A DNA stretch of 64,000 nt from the NCBI GenBank assembly GCA_045159875.1, contig CP067995.1, forward strand, positions 2,144,001-2,208,000, in the 5' to 3' direction. Of the stretch, positions 11,568-23,142 are shown one piece after another. The DNA is from a cyanobacterium endosymbiont of Rhopalodia gibba. Lineage in GTDB: Bacteria > Cyanobacteriota > Cyanobacteriia > Cyanobacteriales > Microcystaceae. Under the pieces are notes generated by a model. It was not told the DNA's origin, did not search any database, and saw only the letters and a list, made by a program, of their open reading frames with translations. Positions within the stretch are counted from its first letter, which is position 1. The number at the start of each line of letters is the position of its first letter. The position numbers and the translations under genes are program-made.

Positions 11568-12875
11568 ATGATTCACGATATTTTCATGCCTGCACTCAGT
11601 TCCACCATGACCGAGGGAAAAATCGTCTCCTGGGCGAAGTCTCCAGGGGATAAAGTGAAAAAAGGAGAAACTGTTGTTGTAGTTGAATCAGATAAAGCGG
11701 ATATGGATGTAGAATCTTTTTATGAGGGTTATCTAGCCGCCATTTTGGTAGAGGCTGGACAAGAAGCCCCCGTAGGAAAAGCAATAGCCCTTGTGGCAGA
11801 GACCAAAGCAGAAATTGCTCAAGCACAGCAAAAAGATCTCTCAGGCTCAGAACAAACTCTTCAAGGAACTACCCAAACTATAGTCTCAATCTCCACTCTT
11901 GAACCAACTACCATACCAACAACAGCTTTTTCGACGAATGCTTCGAAAACCGATGAAAGTCGTGGCACTAATGGCCGCATAATTGCCTCACCACGGGCAA
12001 AGAAACTAGCTAAACAATTAGGCATTGAGCTCAAAACTATTCAGGGCAGTGGCCCCTATGGACGCATTATTGCAGAAGATGTAGAACGTACCACGGAGAA
12101 ACCCACAACTGCAACTATTACTCCTACTTCATCTTCTGCATCTTCTGCATCTCAACCGACTACCACTCCAAGTACGTCGCCGACTTCTGTACCTGTTATC
12201 TCAGGAGAAACTGTTCCCCTTACTATCCTACAAAAAGCAGTAGTACAAAATATGGTAGCGACGGTACAAGTTCCTACCTATCATGTAAGTTATACGATAA
12301 CTACCGATAGTTTAGATAAACTCTATAAGATAATTAAATCTAAAGGAGTAACTATGACGGTTTTATTAGCAAAAGCAGTGGCTGTCACTCTTCAAAAACA
12401 TCCTTTAGTTAACGCTAGTTACAGCGACCAAGGAATCCACTATAATAGGTCAGTTAACGTTGCTTTAGCAGTAGCAATGCCTGATGGGGGACTGATTACT
12501 CCTGTTCTACAAAATGTTGAGCAAATCGATATTTATTCTCTATCTCGTACTTGGAAAGATTTAGTCGAACGCGCTAGAAAGAAACAATTGCAACCCCAAG
12601 AATATAAAAACGGAACTATTACTATCTCAAATTTAGGAATGTTTGGGGTAGACTTTTTCGATGCAATTTTACCTCCAGGACAAGGAGCAATTTTAGCCGT
12701 TGGTAAATCTCGTCCCCAAATAGTAGTAACTCCAGAAGGATTCACTGGAGTAAAACGTCAGATGACAGTAAATATCACTTGTGATCATCGAGTGATTTAT
12801 GGGGCCCATGCAGCTGCGTTTTTGCAAGATTTAGCTTGGTTAATCGAAACCGATGTTCAATTACTAACGATGTGA
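11568..12875 (+). CDS. pdhC: Pyruvate dehydrogenase E2, dihydrolipoamide acetyltransferase
   Basis: Lipoyl domain MPALSSTMTEG..VESDKADM, E3-binding ASPRAKKLA, catalytic DHRVIYGA. Confidence 0.97.
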   Translation: MIHDIFMPALSSTMTEGKIVSWAKSPGDKVKKGETVVVVESDKADMDVESFYEGYLAAILVEAGQEAPVGKAIALVAETKAEIAQAQQKDLSGSEQTLQGTTQTIVSISTLEPTTIPTTAFSTNASKTDESRGTNGRIIASPRAKKLAKQLGIELKTIQGSGPYGRIIAEDVERTTEKPTTATITPTSSSASSASQPTTTPSTSPTSVPVISGETVPLTILQKAVVQNMVATVQVPTYHVSYTITTDSLDKLYKIIKSKGVTMTVLLAKAVAVTLQKHPLVNASYSDQGIHYNRSVNVALAVAMPDGGLITPVLQNVEQIDIYSLSRTWKDLVERARKKQLQPQEYKNGTITISNLGMFGVDFFDAILPPGQGAILAVGKSRPQIVVTPEGFTGVKRQMTVNITCDHRVIYGAHAAAFLQDLAWLIETDVQLLTM

Positions 12876-12889
12876 TCGGTAATTAAGGA

Positions 12890-13310
12890 AAATTATACTC
12901 CCCAATTTCAGTCTTTCCACAAACCTGTCAAGCTAAATCTATCAAAGTATTAGTAATAGCTATGGCTACCACCGCACTTCTCAGAATATTATTTAGTGGA
13001 AGTTTAAATTACCTATGCCGTTTGTGTTTTGTTTTTTAGGGATGGGTAATGGCTAAGGTGTTGGAATAAACTGGATTGACAAACGTTGATTACAGATCAA
13101 GTGCGACCTCTACCTACACCATAGGTACATTATCTACTGGAATAGCACTGCCCCAGCCGTTTACAACGATATATCTTTTTATAAGAACAAATTAACGTAA
13201 AGTAATCACAATTAGCAGTTTTATGGATAAACCTATGAATAATTTCATATTCGGCTTAAGAAAATTGACAGTCTTTGAACAAAGAATTCCATAATTAAAT
13301 ATTATTTCAT
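12890..13310 (-). pseudogene. Precorrin-8X methylmutase-like (CobH/CbiC family) pseudogene
   Basis: FS*AEYEIIHRFIHKTANCDY and NVPMV*VEVALDL*STFVNPVYSNTLAITHP resemble AEYEIVRRVIYATADFEY and VDVPMVQVGI...TFANPVYCS; expected position after the TPM gene. Confidence 0.75.
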
Positions 13311-13339
13311 ACTAAGCTGAGATATTTAAGTTTTAATCT

Positions 13340-14046
13340 TAAAAGAGGTTTTGATTAACTTAGTACTAAAGACAGATAAGCCTCTGATATTCCTAGGACA
13401 AATCTCATTATATTACGAAATAGAAAGACAAAAATTTCCAAACCAAATCTTTATCTTTCTTGTGTATGATTTTAGCAAATCCGCACAAAAAATCATCAAC
13501 GATAAAAGTTTCTATGATTAACATTGTTCAGATAGTTGTCTAAAAACAACCGCACACCTTTCTTTAACAAGATGCTCTTGTGTAAAATGTTAACAATAAC
13601 CGTGTTTTTTCATTATCTCGAATATAGTTAAGGTTTCCAAAGCGCACGTTTAGCTTTTTCAGGAAAGTTTGGGATAACAAATTATAAATAGTATTACTGA
13701 TACTAAATACTAAACGTTGCCGTCAGGGGAGTCAGCTACTAAATAAAATATTCCGATTATCAAGTCTCCATAAATTGACAACAGCCCGGACCAGAAAGAG
13801 ATCATATTTAGTTAAAGTTCTGTTTACAGCTAGTATTTTTTTCAAAATTGGTAATTTCTTCAATCAGAAATAATTCTTAAAATCAAGGAAAAAAATCTAC
13901 TAAGTAGACTACGGGAGTAATAATTATTGAGTAGAAGTTCTAGGTGATTAACTGCCCAAGCTAGATATGGAAAAAACTCAGCTTTCTACACTGAAGATAC
14001 AGGTTACTAGTCCCACCAGAAAAGACTTGAGATAGCGTTGTTTCAT
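13340..14046 (-). pseudogene. TPM-domain membrane protein pseudogene
   Basis: MKQRYLKSFLVGLV; RAVVNLWRLDNRNIL; VADSPDGNV; LLSQTFLKKLNVRFGNLNYIRD resembles LLPRTFWIELQTRFGNLYFVRE; follows YtxH-DUF948 as in other cyanobacteria. Confidence 0.75.
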
Positions 14047-14249
14047 CGTAATTTTTTATCAAAAATTATTAACACGCATCATAATTTTATTTTTTAGTAT
14101 TTAAAGAAAAATTCACTCCCCTTATTTTTTAATATATTTAGTTGTCATTTAACAATTTCAGGTCAGTTCAATACATATACAAGCGATTTATATGCAATAT
14201 TTAACATTATTTATTAATATGTAATTCCTACATTTTAAATCCTTATTTC

Positions 14250-14645
14250 TCATGCTTTCGGTGACCAATCTTTTTGTGTTGAATAACTTTGCCACTTCTG
14301 CCAAGCCGCTTTAAAGCCAATCGTAACTCGACGGGTTCCCTGTTGAACAAGACTTACTTGCCTTTGAGTCTTACTTAGAGTGAGATCGACTCTTTTGACT
14401 ATATCTGAAGCACTTTTAACTCCATTATTAAGCTCATCTGTTAATTCAGTAATTTCTAATCCGGTTAGACGAATAGATTCCATGGTAGGGGGAAGTTCTC
14501 GATTGAGAGTATCACAAAGCTTTTCTACACTACGAGCCGCTTTTATTAATTCTGTACAAGTAGGTAGAGCCATTATTAAGACTGCCGTCAAACTGACAGT
14601 CACCAAAAGTAAAGAAAGTCCAAGCCAGAAAAAAGGATCGCTCAC
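14250..14645 (-). CDS. DUF948-like membrane-anchored protein
   Basis: MSDPFFWLGLSLLLVTVSLTAVL, ARSVEKLCDTLNRELPPT; 2 nt downstream of the YtxH gene. Confidence 0.8.
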   Translation of the reverse strand: MSDPFFWLGLSLLLVTVSLTAVLIMALPTCTELIKAARSVEKLCDTLNRELPPTMESIRLTGLEITELTDELNNGVKSASDIVKRVDLTLSKTQRQVSLVQQGTRRVTIGFKAAWQKWQSYSTQKDWSPKA

Positions 14646-14647
14646 GC

Positions 14648-15010
14648 TTATTTACCTGAAGAGGGTTTAGCAGAAGAGGATGCGGAATCCATAGTTATCT
14701 GTGACGAAAAGGTTTGAGAGTTCTCAAAATTCCCTTGACTGGCTTCGAGCCCGGCCGCTATTGTGTCCTTAAGTCGTGTCAGAGTGTCATTCCAATTCTG
14801 AAGTGCTGATTCTGATAGACGATCAGCTTGTAACTGCACTGTAGTTGATAGATCTTCAGCCATCTCTGGCAAAGCATCTGCTGATTTCTTGAGAATACGT
14901 CTTGTTTCCTTTCCCGAACGCGGAGCTATCAAAATGCCGGTCACTGTCCCCAGCAGTCCACCGATGACCATTCCGGCAGCTAAAATACCACTCTTGTTAT
15001 TGTTAGGCAT
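14648..15010 (-). CDS. YtxH-domain protein
   Basis: GMVIGGLLGTVTGILIAPRSGKETRRILKK. Confidence 0.88.
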   Translation of the reverse strand: MPNNNKSGILAAGMVIGGLLGTVTGILIAPRSGKETRRILKKSADALPEMAEDLSTTVQLQADRLSESALQNWNDTLTRLKDTIAAGLEASQGNFENSQTFSSQITMDSASSSAKPSSGK

Positions 15011-15125
15011 TAGTATCTGTAAAATTTTGGTAATTGTAATTTTATTCTAAAGTCAAACCTTAGGTTTTGATGAGCAATGTCATAATATTCCTAAGTAATG
15101 GTTAACATCGGGAGATTAAATCTTA

Positions 15126-16676
15126 ATGGCGCGTTTAGCACTACTGAGCGTATCGGACAAGACTGGAATTATCGATCTGGCTCAACAATTGGTTCATGAA
15201 TTTGACTTTGAGTTAATCAGTAGTGGAGGAACGGCAGATGTCCTACAAGAGGCACGACTTCCCGTCACTAAAGTGAGTGAGTATACCGGCTCACCTGAAA
15301 TTTTAGGAGGACGAGTTAAAACCTTACATCCTCGCATTCATGGAGGTATTTTGGGGCGACGGGATTGGTCAGCAGATGACCGAGACATGGAGTCCAATCA
15401 AATCCGTCCGATTGATTTAGTAGTAGTCAATCTCTATCCTTTTGAAAAAACGATTGTTCAGCCCCATTTTACAATGGCTGAAGCCATTGAGAAAATCGAT
15501 ATTGGTGGACCAACCTTGTTGAGAGCAGCATCCAAAAATTTTGCCCATGTTACGGTCTTATCTAATCCCCAATATTACGATAGTTATCTGCAGGAGTTAA
15601 ATAGAAACAACGGGGAAGTTTCCCTAGGGTTCCGTCAAAAAATGGCGAGGGAGGCTTTTGCTTTGACTCATAGTTATGATGGAGCTATCACTAATTATTT
15701 CATGACTCTCACCTCAGAAACAGAGTCTTCTTTCCCAAGTAATTTTACTCTCTCAGGTACTCAATTTCAATCTCTTCGTTATGGAGAAAATCCTCATCAA
15801 AATGCAGTTTGGTATCAAACTGAAACTCAAGCATCAGGGTGGGCTGCAGCGACTCAATTACAGGGAAAAGAACTCAGTTATAATAACTTAGTGGATTTAG
15901 AAGCAGCGCGGCGTATTATTGCTGAATTTAACTCCGAAGAACCAGCTGTTGCTATTCTTAAACATACCAATCCCTGTGGTATGGCGATAGGAAAGACGTT
16001 GGCTGATGCTTATAGGAATGCATTTGATGCGGATTCAATTTCGGCTTTTGGGGGCATTGTGGCGGTCAATCAACCCTTAGATAAGGATACAGCAAAGCAA
16101 TTAACGAAAACCTTTTTAGAATGTGTGGTCGCCCCGGGATGCGATGAGGAGGCTAAAGCGATTTTAGCTGCTAAATCTAAGATTCGTGTCTTATTATTAC
16201 CAGACTTAATGAGTGGGCCAAAACAGACGGTTAAAGTGATCGCTGGGGGATTATTAGTGCAAGCATCCGACGATCAGATAGATACTCCTGAGACGTGGGA
16301 AATTGCTACAGAAAAGCAACCGACTCCCGAACAATTAGCGGAACTGTTGTTTGCTTGGAAAGTGACGAAACACGTCAAATCAAATGCTATTGTCGTGACG
16401 AAAAATCGTACAACTCTGGGGATTGGTGCTGGACAAATGAATCGGGTTGGTGCCGTCAGAATTGCCTTGGAAGAAGCTGGAAATGAAGCTAAAGGAGGAT
16501 TCCTTGCTAGTGATGGGTTCTTCCCCTTTGATGACTCAGTACGCACAGCAGCAGCAGCGGGAATTGTAGCTATTGTACAACCTGGGGGATCAGTACGGGA
16601 TAAAGATTCTATTGCGGCGGCTAATCAATTAGGGTTAGTGATGATCCTAACCAGGATACGGCATTTTCTACATTAA
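15126..16676 (+). CDS. purH: Bifunctional AICAR transformylase / IMP cyclohydrolase
   Basis: ALLSVSDKTG, GRVKTLHPRIHGGIL, LRYGENPHQ, KHVKSNAIV, ASDGFFPF. Confidence 0.98.
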   Translation: MARLALLSVSDKTGIIDLAQQLVHEFDFELISSGGTADVLQEARLPVTKVSEYTGSPEILGGRVKTLHPRIHGGILGRRDWSADDRDMESNQIRPIDLVVVNLYPFEKTIVQPHFTMAEAIEKIDIGGPTLLRAASKNFAHVTVLSNPQYYDSYLQELNRNNGEVSLGFRQKMAREAFALTHSYDGAITNYFMTLTSETESSFPSNFTLSGTQFQSLRYGENPHQNAVWYQTETQASGWAAATQLQGKELSYNNLVDLEAARRIIAEFNSEEPAVAILKHTNPCGMAIGKTLADAYRNAFDADSISAFGGIVAVNQPLDKDTAKQLTKTFLECVVAPGCDEEAKAILAAKSKIRVLLLPDLMSGPKQTVKVIAGGLLVQASDDQIDTPETWEIATEKQPTPEQLAELLFAWKVTKHVKSNAIVVTKNRTTLGIGAGQMNRVGAVRIALEEAGNEAKGGFLASDGFFPFDDSVRTAAAAGIVAIVQPGGSVRDKDSIAAANQLGLVMILTRIRHFLH

Positions 16677-16811
16677 TTTTTGCAAAAAATATTCCAGATT
16701 AATAAATAAGGAAGCATAGATCTTTTCTGGGAGATATCAATGTAGAAACGGAAAAAGTTTAAGCTGTCAGTGGTTGAGTGATTCCGTCCGACTAAAAAAA
16801 ATAGAATGGGA

Positions 16812-19067
16812 CTATCGAGAAACTAGCCCTTCCTTCATATAATTTCTCCATAAGGCCGCTGCTTGACTGCTGCTGCCCCTGGTTGGGGAGTTATCGTCAT
16901 TACCTAACCATACCCCTGTTACCAAATTCTGACTGGGAACATAGCCCACAAACCAAAGATCCACGGCTTTATTGGTAGTTCCTGTTTTCCCTGCTTCTCC
17001 CAGTCCAATACTAGCTGATCTCCCAGTTCCCCGTTGTACAACTCCCCGTAATAAATCAGTCATGGTTTGGGCTAATTGGTGGGAGATTACCCTTCTTCTA
17101 TTGGTTTGATCCCGATTGAGATTATAAATTACTCGACATGTCTGCCAATTATTGACGTCTGAACAGTCTCCCCCGTCAAGGATGCGCTGAATTGCATGAG
17201 GACGGTTCCAAACTCCTTGATTAGCAAAAGTAGCATAGGCTCCAGCCATTTCCAAAACAGTGACTTCACTTTGTCCTAAAATTAATCCTGGTGATCGTGT
17301 TAATGCTGATCCTACTCCCAACCGTTGCGCCATTTCAATCACTCGATTTAACCCTACATCTTGGGCAATTCTGAGGGCGATTGCATTTTCTGACTGTGCT
17401 ATCCCTCGATACATATCTACATCTCCACCACTGCGTTCACAGGATTTGTATCGTTGTCCCATCCAGCGTAGTCCACCACAGGAATAGACTTTTCTGGGGG
17501 AAATTCCTTGTTCAATAGCTGCCGCATAACCGAACACCTTAAAAATTGATCCAGGTTGACGTTTAGCTTGAGTGACGCGGTTAAATTGACTTTGTTTATA
17601 GTCTACCCCTCCCACTAAAGCCAAAATTTCTCCAGTGCGGATATCTAAGGTAACAATTGCTCCTTGGGAAAACTTATATGTTGAGCCGGCAATTTTAACG
17701 TGATTTTGTAGCTCTTTTTCAGCTTTAGACTGTAGCTCAAGATCTAATCCTGTTTCCACAATAAAATTACCTTCTTTCGCTAATTCATTCCCTAAGAGAG
17801 TTCTTAATTCTTTAAAAACGTGACTATAAAGATATGGAGCAATCAAATTTGACAAAGTTTTTCTAGCTTTAGGACTAATTTCTATCCGTGATCTCCGCTC
17901 ACGATCAGCTCGTTCTGAGCTAATCATTCCTAAATTTGCCATACGAGTGATGACACGGTTTCGGAGTTGAACAGAAGTATCATAGTCCTGAACAGGGTTA
18001 TAAAGATTTGGGGCAGGTAACATGGCTACCAGGGTGGCCGCTTCGGAAATTGTTAAATCTCTGGCTGATTTATTAAAATAGAATCGGGCTGCGTCTTCAA
18101 ACCCATAGAGACTGCCCCCTAGATACACTTGATTGAGATAAGTTTTTAAAATTTTGTTTTTACTATAGATAGCTTCTAATTTTAAGGCAACAATCATTTC
18201 TCGTAATTTACGACCGGCTGTATCTTCCCATCCCACTTCAGTAAAGAGACTGCGGGCTAGTTGTTGTGTCAAAGTACTCGCCCCTTGACGAACGCCTTGA
18301 TCTTTTGAATTAATGACTAACGCCCTAACAATTCCATAGGGATCAACTCCAAAATGCCAATAGAAGCGAGTATCTTCTGAGGCAATGAGAGCTTTAGACA
18401 AATAGGGAGAAAAGTCTTGTAAACGGTTAATTTCTTGGTGAGTACTTTGGGTAATGGGGTTTAGGGGAATTTTGTTATCCCTTGCATAGACAACTACTGG
18501 ACCACTAACTCCTGATGGGAGGGGCGTTACATCATATTTACGGCTTTCCCAGATAATAACAACACTGACAAGAGCAAATAGTCCAATGGTTCCGTGAAGG
18601 GTATAGGAAATCAGTCTACGCCAAACAGGAGGAGGACTATGGTAAGCCAGTCTAGCAGTTTTAGCTAATTCTGGAGGTCCAAGGAGAATGACATCTCCAT
18701 GACGTAAGGAAAGATTTTTAATCCGTTGTTTGTTGTGGTAAATACCGTTGGTAGAGTGTTCATCTTCGAGGACAAAATATTGGGGATCGTTTTTGTCACG
18801 GCGGAGAGAACAGTGAACTTGGCTAACAAAATTATTAGCAATGAGGATGTCACAGAATCTCGAACTCCGGCCCAAAATATAGCGATCACCAATTAATGAG
18901 TAGACTTGAGGTTTATCTCCTTCTTTATCTTGTATGTGTAATTCAGGAACTTTTTCCCCTTTTTTGAGAGTTTCAGGACTTAGTCTTCCTTTCCCAAGTT
19001 TTTGTACTACTTGGGTAACCAGTTGACTCAAAGGGTGCTTGGGAAAAGATGGCGGTTTTGAGAACAT
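16812..19067 (-). CDS. Class A penicillin-binding protein (PBP1A family) with N-terminal FHA domain
   Basis: FHA (ILGRS..VSQVH..STNG), TM segment, transglycosylase EDTRFYWHFGVD and GASTLTQQL, transpeptidase SIFK, SEN, KTG. Confidence 0.93.
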   Translation of the reverse strand: MFSKPPSFPKHPLSQLVTQVVQKLGKGRLSPETLKKGEKVPELHIQDKEGDKPQVYSLIGDRYILGRSSRFCDILIANNFVSQVHCSLRRDKNDPQYFVLEDEHSTNGIYHNKQRIKNLSLRHGDVILLGPPELAKTARLAYHSPPPVWRRLISYTLHGTIGLFALVSVVIIWESRKYDVTPLPSGVSGPVVVYARDNKIPLNPITQSTHQEINRLQDFSPYLSKALIASEDTRFYWHFGVDPYGIVRALVINSKDQGVRQGASTLTQQLARSLFTEVGWEDTAGRKLREMIVALKLEAIYSKNKILKTYLNQVYLGGSLYGFEDAARFYFNKSARDLTISEAATLVAMLPAPNLYNPVQDYDTSVQLRNRVITRMANLGMISSERADRERRSRIEISPKARKTLSNLIAPYLYSHVFKELRTLLGNELAKEGNFIVETGLDLELQSKAEKELQNHVKIAGSTYKFSQGAIVTLDIRTGEILALVGGVDYKQSQFNRVTQAKRQPGSIFKVFGYAAAIEQGISPRKVYSCGGLRWMGQRYKSCERSGGDVDMYRGIAQSENAIALRIAQDVGLNRVIEMAQRLGVGSALTRSPGLILGQSEVTVLEMAGAYATFANQGVWNRPHAIQRILDGGDCSDVNNWQTCRVIYNLNRDQTNRRRVISHQLAQTMTDLLRGVVQRGTGRSASIGLGEAGKTGTTNKAVDLWFVGYVPSQNLVTGVWLGNDDNSPTRGSSSQAAALWRNYMKEGLVSR

Positions 19068-19515
19068 AGCTTACTATGTTTAGGAATCGGTTAGCTAAAT
19101 TTCTTAAAATTTTCTGTAATCTTGTTAAGAATGTGTTACTAATTTCTTTAACACCACGACCTATCATTGTAACCGCTAAGTAAATAGATATCACTAAAGT
19201 CAAATCTATTTGACTGAGTACTCCATATTTTGCACCTTGATTTCATGAGATTTAAGTCCTTTAATAATTCAGGATTGCAATGCAATGTTGTTGATTTTAA
19301 TCGTTTTGAGAGATTTAGCGATAAAAATTATATAGATTTTCTTAAATAAATGCTAAATCAACAATATTAATACTGATTTACATAGCTATGAAACATGTAA
19401 ATCATGTAAATAGGTGAAGAAACGATGATAGTAATAGAGAAACAATCAGCATTGTTGTTCGGGATTTTTAAGTCGCTCGAATCATTCCAGCTGGCTCTTT
19501 TCGAAGAAACCCTCA

Positions 19516-19835
19516 ATGAAGAGAATTTTTTCTTAGAATTGCTGGTAACTAGCGTGTTTATCGGTTCAATCTCATGATTTGCCTCTCCAGTCAAGGCTCA
19601 AATTATAGAATTGGGTAATGATCTTCGTATCAATTTTTCTAATGAACGCCGTCGCCGTCACGGAATTAACGTAAGAATGTTTCCCGAGAATGGTCGACTT
19701 AATGTAGGAATAGAAGAGGAAAGAAGACCTAAAACGAGAATCAGGCTGTTTGATAAAAATAATTCTTCGCCTATTGATGTTCGTCGGGAGAGACCCGCTT
19801 CTGAGGAAAGAGTTAGGTTTTCTCTTCTTCTCTAA
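19516..19835 (+). pseudogene. Small secreted protein pseudogene
   Basis: Restoring one T in the T-run after ATGAAGAGAA and reading through a TGA gives MKRIFFLELLVTSVFIGSIS*FASPVKAQIIELGNDLRINF, a signal peptide joined to ORF 19611-19835. Confidence 0.55.
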
Positions 19836-20019
19836 CAGATAAGTGCGGTAAATCTATGATTTTAGTGGCAGAATATGCAGTTAGGGTTTTCCTGTGTTGG
19901 TCGTTAACTAACCTGATTTACTTAAAAGGCCACGCAAATTGAATAAAGTATGTACTTGGTAAGCTCAGAAAAGCTGCAGAACCCTCGTTTTTAACTAAGA
20001 AAATGTGGTGAGCGGAATC

Positions 20020-20300
20020 TGAATTAATTAAATGCATTGGGAGCATTAGGACACAAAACACAACTTGTTTCGTAGAGGTTTTAGCTATTGCAAATATGAG
20101 TCTTCTCATGTGAATGTCTAAATACGTAGACATGTCGTCAGTGAACATTTGCTTCATTAACAGTAAACCCAGTTCACAATTCTCCGATCCGAACCTTGTC
20201 TGACTGGATCACTATTTACTGAGTTGAGTTACATTTCTCCAATAATTTTGGTAGGTGACAATAACCTTCCGTTTCTATAATTGTAATCAATAGTTTCTTA
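20020..20300 (-). pseudogene. Possible 'Mo-dependent nitrogenase C-terminal domain' (Mo-nitro_C) protein remnant
   Basis: Fragments DPVRQGSDR, KCSL..RHVYVFRH and ICNS*NLYE/QVV resemble PVRQWLD, QCPFERDV.LFGH and CKLNPLYEQVV in the same order. Confidence 0.4.
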
Positions 20301-22061
20301 AAGATAGTCTCCTTAAAAAGGAGTATGAACTTCTCTAAACACAGAAAAGTAATTCCGCTCAGTAAAAGTTTGTAATGTTTTTAAAAAACATCTTTTCTAT
20401 AATTTACTTTTACTTTCGTCACATTATTGATGTAATCAACCCCAAACTAAAGCCAAAGTTAAAAAGGACTGTAGAACATTTCTTGTTAAATTGGGAATTT
20501 TAGAGATGTTAATAAAACTATTTCATTAGTTCTCTTTGTAAAAAATGAAAGAGAGTTATCAACTCAACCTAAGTTCTTAACTTTATCTAATAAACTACTT
20601 TAGCTAGTGACATTATTTATACTTGCTGATCTAAGATTTTAGATAAATGTTTAGGTAAGAGACTAGTAATTTTTTGGCTTACTAACTTAAAAGAGTATTT
20701 TTTATACCCCAAACCTTAAAAGAAATTTAATTTTGTTTATAAATCCAGCTGATTAAATCTGATTCTAATGTAGGAAATAGATTTAATCTATCAAGAATGA
20801 TTTAACTTTTTGAGAAATTATACTAATTTTAATAATTATTCTTTGGCTAGTTATTGAGTATTTTTTGACTCAATAAGTTTAATAAACGTTAGTAAATGAT
20901 AATTCAAACCTATCTAAGGAATTTTTTACTAAACTACTATAGTAATCTCTTAAGTGACTTGGGTCTATTTTTACCCTCCTTTTTATTATCCTTTAATGGT
21001 CTGTAATAGACTAAAAATTCTGATTACTTCAACTTTAGTCTCTAATTGCTCTTGGGTGCTTCCTAATCATTAAGAAAGAGCACTTTTAAGGATTTCTTTT
21101 GTCTTTTATGTAATACCTCGAACCAACATTCTAAACTTGTTCTTTAGACCGTATTTACTCTTTCATAATAGTATCTATGACAGAATCGGTTAGGTCAAAA
21201 TATTACTCAGATATTACAATTATGTTAAGATATATCGTAGTTTAATTTATTAAAAATAGATAACGTATGTTGTTGGGGGTTTCGAGCTAATCAGCTTAGT
21301 ACAAGTACAGTTTCTGATTAAAGGAAAATGACAGACAAAAGAGTCCGTATTGAGAATAATTGATTTTTGAGTATTGTTTTGATAAATCCTAGAATTCTCT
21401 AAAAAAACGGTTTTTAACTTTTTATGTATTGGAGTATTTCCTTTGCTTCATAACAAAGATGTTAAAAAATATAGAATAATTCTGTTCCTGTATGTAAATT
21501 ACCATTATCTAGCTTAAAACAAACCTGTCTAATCCATCAATTAGACCACCTACTTGACTGAGGAAAAAACATATAGATAAGCTGTCTGCCGCATTAGCTA
21601 CCAGTTTAGGATTTGATTGTGATGACAATGTATATATTTTACTTGTTGTCAATGAATTTCGACATTAAGCTTGATAAGCTTGGAAAGCTTTCATTAATTC
21701 GTCATCAAAAGGGTCTGCTACTAAATTATCAATTTGCTCTCCTAAGGAGTTAATAATAAAAGTTACCAACCGAGCTTATGAATTAGAACATAAATTTCTT
21801 GTAACCAAGAATCTGAATTAATTTATGTGGCTTGTTGAGCTTCTCGATGACATTAATGCGTAGGATCGAACAGCAGCTTAGTTATGGGGGGAAAACTCCT
21901 TTATTTAAAACAAAAAGTATAACTTGTTAGTCTATGATTAAATGTGTATATTCTTAAATATAAAAAGTAAAGACTTCATATTTATTAGACAAGCTCTTAA
22001 TCAACTTGCTATGAACTTGCTATTAATTTTGTTGGCAGACTTATCCTAAGATAACGAATGG

Positions 22062-23027
22062 TCAATATTCATCATTATTCAGTTGAAACGTTTCTAGACT
22101 CTCGAAGAGGGGAGTACTTAAGTAACGTTCCCCAAAACTCGGTTGAATCATGACAAGTAGTTTGCCTGTATTTTCGGGACGTTGAGCAACTCTAATAGCA
22201 GCAGCTAAAGCCGCCCCCGTAGAAATTCCTGACAATAGCCCTTCTTCTCTAGCTAAGCGACGACTATAAATAATAGCTTCATCATCAGTCACTGTTACTA
22301 CCTCGTTAATTAGCTCCACCTTGAGAACTTTAGGAATAAAACCTGCCCCTATCCCTTGAATTTTGTGACCGCCAGGACTTCCTCCTGATAAGACAGGACT
22401 ATTAGCTGGTTCAACAGCGATCGCCTGAACAGTTGATTTACGTTGTTTAAGTACTTCAGCTACCCCAGTGATAGTTCCTCCAGTACCTACTCCGGCAACG
22501 AGGATATCTACCCGGCCATTTGTATCTTCCCAAATTTCTTGAGCAGTAGTTTGGCGATGAATTTCAGGATTAGCAGGGTTGTTAAATTGTTGCAGCATGT
22601 AGGCATTTGGCAAAGTCTTCACAAGCTCATCAGCACGTCGAATACAGCCACTCATCCCCTCAGTTCCGGGGGTTAACTCTAATTGCGCGCCATAAGCCTT
22701 TAACATCGCCCGTCGCTCTTGACTCATGGTTTCTGGCATTGTCAAAATTAGTTTATATCCTTTCGCCGCTGCGGCCATAGCTAATGCAATTCCTGTATTG
22801 CCGGAAGTAGGTTCAACTAAGAGAGTTTTACCAGCAACAATTAGTCCTTCACGTTCTGCCGCATTAATCATATTTACCCCAATACGGTCCTTTACTGAGG
22901 CAGATGGGTTCATTCCCTCTAACTTCACGACGATCTGAGCCATACATCTCTCTGCTTGAGGAATTTTGTTCAATTGCACTAGCGGGGTCCGACCAATTAA
23001 CTCTGTAATATTGTGAGCAATTCTCAT
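22062..23027 (-). CDS. cysK: Cysteine synthase A
   Basis: [14 protein letters not shown]-lysine motif, [25 protein letters not shown]. Confidence 0.97.
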   Translation of the reverse strand: MRIAHNITELIGRTPLVQLNKIPQAERCMAQIVVKLEGMNPSASVKDRIGVNMINAAEREGLIVAGKTLLVEPTSGNTGIALAMAAAAKGYKLILTMPETMSQERRAMLKAYGAQLELTPGTEGMSGCIRRADELVKTLPNAYMLQQFNNPANPEIHRQTTAQEIWEDTNGRVDILVAGVGTGGTITGVAEVLKQRKSTVQAIAVEPANSPVLSGGSPGGHKIQGIGAGFIPKVLKVELINEVVTVTDDEAIIYSRRLAREEGLLSGISTGAALAAAIRVAQRPENTGKLLVMIQPSFGERYLSTPLFESLETFQLNNDEY

Positions 23028-23142
23028 CTTTTTTAAATTGATGTTTACTTACTTTATAATCCTTTCGTTGTAATATTTCTATTGCCTGTTTGATGGCATT
23101 TTTTAGATTTTCTTGACACTTAAGTTTACTCCTCTATTGAGG

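Noticed and set aside
21500..21900. Eroded minus-strand reading LVTFIINSLGEQIDNLVADPFDDELMKAFQAYQA
   Set aside because: Looks protein-like but I could not assign a family; needs tBLASTx
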